Assembly (NCBI RefSeq): GCF_964213995.1
Contig: NW_027590213.1
Location: 248,001-312,000 of the forward strand
DNA length: 64,000 bases
DNA from: Mustelus asterias
Taxonomy: Eukaryota
Direction: 5' to 3'
Part shown: piece after piece, positions 60,555 to 64,000 of the stretch
Layout: every line of letters begins with the position of its first letter
How positions within the stretch are numbered: position 1 is the stretch's first letter
Program-made: the position numbers and the translations under genes
Notes under the pieces: model-generated
Database searches by the model: none
Seen by the model: only the letters and a program-made list of their open reading frames with translations
Told to the model about the DNA's origin: nothing

Positions 60555-61255
60555 GAAGTCCACTGCACAGAAAACGCCTTTCGGCCTATCATGTCTCCGC
60601 CAGTCAAAGACAAACCAAATAACTATTCTAATCCCATTTTCCAGCACTTGGCCCATTGCCGTGTATGATATGACATCACAAATGTATATCTAAATACTTC
60701 TTAAATGTTGTGAGGGTCTCGGCCTCCATCACCATTTCAGGCAGTGAGTCCCAGACGCTCATCACCCTTTGGGTCAAAATGGTTTCTTCACATCCCCTCT
60801 AAATCTCCTGCCCCTACCTTAAATCTATGCCCCTGGCTGCTCTCTGCTCTCTCAAGTAAAGGGAAAATTATCTTCCTGTCTTCTCTATCTATGCCCCTCA
60901 TTATGCTGAAGGGCTTTTTCCAGTGCTGTCTCCTTCTATGACCCTATGACTCTATCGTGGTGAGTATCTTCCAGCTATCTATCGAGGTGTCACTTACTTG
61001 TACTACACACAGCCAGATCATTGACATATCTCCCTGTTGGCAGCACACTTGTGTTGTCATGATAGAGGCCAGTTAAATGTTTAAAGAAAATACTTCGGAA
61101 AATCTCAATGCCCAGTCAAGCTACGCTTCAAATTCCCAAAGATCCCTGCTCATCCATAAAACAACAATGATCATTAAAATAATTGTATGTCTCAATTAAG
61201 TCACAGGGGGCAAAATAACATGAAGAGAGAACATTATCCAGGATTAGTTACTTAC

Positions 61256-61315
61256 TGGGTTCCACAATCAGCCTGGTCCCGTTGCCAAAGATGAGCTTAG
61301 CCTTTTCATATGTTG
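61256..61315 (-). CDS. TRDJ: TCR delta J segment (D-proximal), TYEKAKLIFGNGTRLIVEP
   Basis: Donor GTAAG 61251-55; 12-RSS CACAGAG(61316-22)-12-ACAAGATCC(61335-43). Confidence 0.95.
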
Positions 61316-61525
61316 CACAGAGTTTGATCCCGTAACAAGATCCACTGGGGTCCCGTTCACCACTCTTTCTCTCTGTCGTGTGTCCGACTGATTTGATTAG
61401 GGCTGGGTCAGACCAGTAATAGGATAAACTCGGTCAACATCACGGTGGGGTTGGGAGTCAGCGGCGGGGAGTGGGCTGAGAGGGGTGCTATTGAGAGAGG
61501 TTGGTGAACTCCTGTGAGGCTGGGA

Positions 61526-61564
61526 GGTTATTGTACGGGCGTTGAGGGAGATTCAGCTACTGTG
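61526..61564 (-). promoter_or_regulatory. 23-RSS 3' of D delta
   Basis: Minus strand CACAGTA-23 bp-ACAATAACC. Confidence 0.93.
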
Positions 61565-61581
61565 GTCCCACGTAGCTCCCC
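61565..61581 (-). other. TRDD: TCR delta D segment GGGGAGCTACGTGGGAC (17 nt)
   Basis: Flanked by a 5' 12-RSS and a 3' 23-RSS; G-rich and open in all three frames (GELRG / GSYVG / GATWD). Confidence 0.95.
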
Positions 61582-61609
61582 CACAGTGATACATGCCAGT
61601 ACAAAAACT
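61582..61609 (+). promoter_or_regulatory. 12-RSS 5' of D delta
   Basis: CACAGTG-atacatgccagt-ACAAAAACT, near consensus. Confidence 0.95.
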
Positions 61610-62149
61610 CGTCAGCAGCTGTTGCTGCTGCTGCTGTCAGATGTATAACTTCAGCTGCTAGAGCAGAATCTCGCTGATAAATGCAGCTATCAATTCCACT
61701 CCGATAAAGCCCGAGTAAAACGGTCCATGGGATTTCACACGAGCGCTGGCGAAAAATATGTTTTGCACAGAAAAACTGTGGGGTTAGATGACCAGCAGGA
61801 TGTGCTGAAGGTGAGGTAAGTTTTCAGGAATATTATTAAAGGAATGGAGGTAGGTAAACAGAGTGGGTGGACGGGGGCGGCGGTGAGTGGTTAACGTAGA
61901 GAATTCTCCAGCTCAGGAACAAGGCTCTTAAAGGCACGCTCGCGGATTGAGGGGCCCAAAGGAATTTGGGGCACTTTCAAAAGGCCAAAACTGGAGCAAC
62001 AACAGACTGAAAGGCATACAGGTTGGAGAAGGTTACAAAGATGGAGAAAAGAGCAACTATGAGAATGACGGGAACTCTGATGTTTACCCAGAAGCCAATA
62101 TAGTTTTGTTTTTACTTAGTATGACATCCCTAATTGCACTGAACTGAAT

Positions 62150-62575
62150 GGATTCGAACTACAAAGGTCCGTGAACGAAGCCCAGTCGGACAAGCAAACC
62201 AGCCTCCCATCCATTGAAACACTTCCCGCTGCTTCGAAAAAGCAGCCAGCAAAAATCAAGAACCCCACACACCCCGGATGTACACTCTTCCAATTTCTTC
62301 CGTCGGGAAAAAAATTCAAAAGTTTGAGGACACATACCAACAGACTCAAGAACAGCTTCTTTCCTGCCACCATCAGACTTTTGAATGGACTTACCTCGCA
62401 CTAAGTTGAACTTTCTTTCCACCCTAGCTATGACTGTAACAATACATTCTGCACTGTCTCCTTTCCTTCTCTATGAACTGTATGCTTTGTTTGCATATGA
62501 TGCATGAAACAATACTTTTCACTGTGTACTAATATCTGTGACAATAATAAAGCAAATTAAATCAAATCAAATCGG
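62150..62575 (+). mobile_element. Rex1/Babar-type LINE 3' end
   Basis: NPTHPG..LFQFLPSGKKFKSLRTHTNRLKNSFFPATIRLLN; tail aataataaa...(aaatc)n. Confidence 0.75.
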
Positions 62576-63265
62576 ATTGTTACGTCAATCCAGAGGTCTG
62601 TCCATTGCTGTCGATGTGCAGTCAGACCACGTAAGGTTGGTAGATAACGTTAAAAGGAATAATTGAACCAGATTCACAGTGAACATGACTGAGTACAAAA
62701 CCTTCCCTTCCAAGTTTATGACTTGAGTTGCAATTCAAATAACTTGCCATGGTGAGATTTGAACCCACGTGCAGAGAGCCCGTGGCTCTGGCTAATCGCT
62801 AATACAGCAACCTGACCGTGACACTACGGCACCTCCTGCCCGAGATCAGCCAGACTTGGAGGGAGTGAAGTTCTGGATATTATAGTTTGGACCAACTGAA
62901 GTTAATGCAGTGAGGAATGTGGGATATAAAACTTGAAAGGCGAATCCAGAGGTAACAAAGGCATGGGGATATCTCCACACACAAATGAAGTTGAATAGCG
63001 GACAAAATAGAGGATTGTTAAAAATCTCTTTTTACACGTAATGTGACAAACCGATGCAAAATTTATTTTTGCCATCCCCTTCGAGATACTGGGGATGCAG
63101 AAATTCTAAATGCAAGATGTGCTACTTCCTGTCCTACTTTCCATTGAAAATTCCCTTCGTCATAATTAAATGGATACTTGCGATATAAAAGCGCCACAGT
63201 AGAATTACACTTAACACCCGGCTGAGGAGCTACATAACCCACCAATAGATTTCACAATGACAGAG

Positions 63266-63444
63266 TCTGACTCCATGAATCTTTGCCGCCAGGTTACGAC
63301 CAGAGAATATTTAAAGTATTACTTCAGTGTGCAAATGAATCCATTGCTGTGTTCTATTCGAATGTTAGGAACCTGTCTGAAATGCAAAGTCATGTTTGTG
63401 TTACCTATTTCAATGGAACCCAGAATCTAGACTACAAAAATCTA
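63266..63444 (-). repeat. Inverted repeat, right arm (partner 60374-60554)
   Basis: Reverse complement of the left arm. Confidence 0.9.
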
Positions 63445-64000
63445 CAAGTTACAAGTTCACTGAAATACATTGTACTTTCCAGACAATTGCATAAATTGTA
63501 CATGACATTCGAACTAGCTGATCCATATCATTGTTAAAGGCCAACGGACATTTCTGAACCTCCTTCATCCAACCGTCCAACACAACGTTATATTTGTCTC
63601 TTTCTTACTCATGCAGCTATTGAAACTCCTCTTAAAGAATGAAGGGGGAAAGGGAGGAAACAGGGAACTACTGTACAACTTTTTTCCTTCAGCTTCACGT
63701 CAGCCGGCGGGAAAGAGCTGCAATCTGTTATTGAGGCAGTCTTAATAAAGCACCTCGAAAATCATAGATTGGTCCATCAGGTTTTACGAAAAGCAATTCA
63801 CTTTGAGAAACGCGTTAATACCTTTGAGTTTGCAAGTCGCAAAATAGATCAAGTGGAGGCAGTAGACTTGAATTTCCAAAAATACATTCAATAAACAAGC
63901 AAACACGATGTCAATAGGCAAGACAAGTGACTGTACAGTTGGCAGCCAAATATTAGCACGGCTAGGGTAATGGGCAGAATCAGAGCATGGATATTTTTAA

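Noticed and set aside
60998-61050. Possible additional pseudo-J (GTAAGT donor, CACACTT upstream)
   Set aside because: No FGXG motif and no nonamer; too degenerate to support.

Overview
Eukaryotic, repeat-rich vertebrate DNA, almost certainly from a shark (HE1-type tRNA SINEs, CR1/HER1-type LINEs, Penelope-like termini). The main content is the 3' end of a T-cell receptor delta locus on the minus strand, reading from high to low coordinates. It comprises one D segment with a 12/23 RSS pair (61565-61581), six recognisable J segments (five with CAC-bearing 12-RSS, one degenerate) plus 2-3 decayed ones (52.4-61.3 kb), and a four-exon constant gene (44963 to about 40.2/39.7 kb). Delta is assigned because a D segment is present (not alpha or gamma) and the TM carries both Arg and Lys (not beta or gamma). 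I found no J-alpha array or V gene in the ~40 kb downstream of C-delta. Instead there is a TCR-alpha-enhancer-like motif cluster (~33.3-33.5 kb) and a CTCF-like site pointing back at the locus (~28.3 kb). Beyond these lie nested LINEs, a G-rich minisatellite and a 15-kb tandemly duplicated block carrying repeated symmetric exon-like units of an unidentified + strand transcript. A 4.2-kb minisatellite occupies the window start. All calls were made by eye; no database searches were run.
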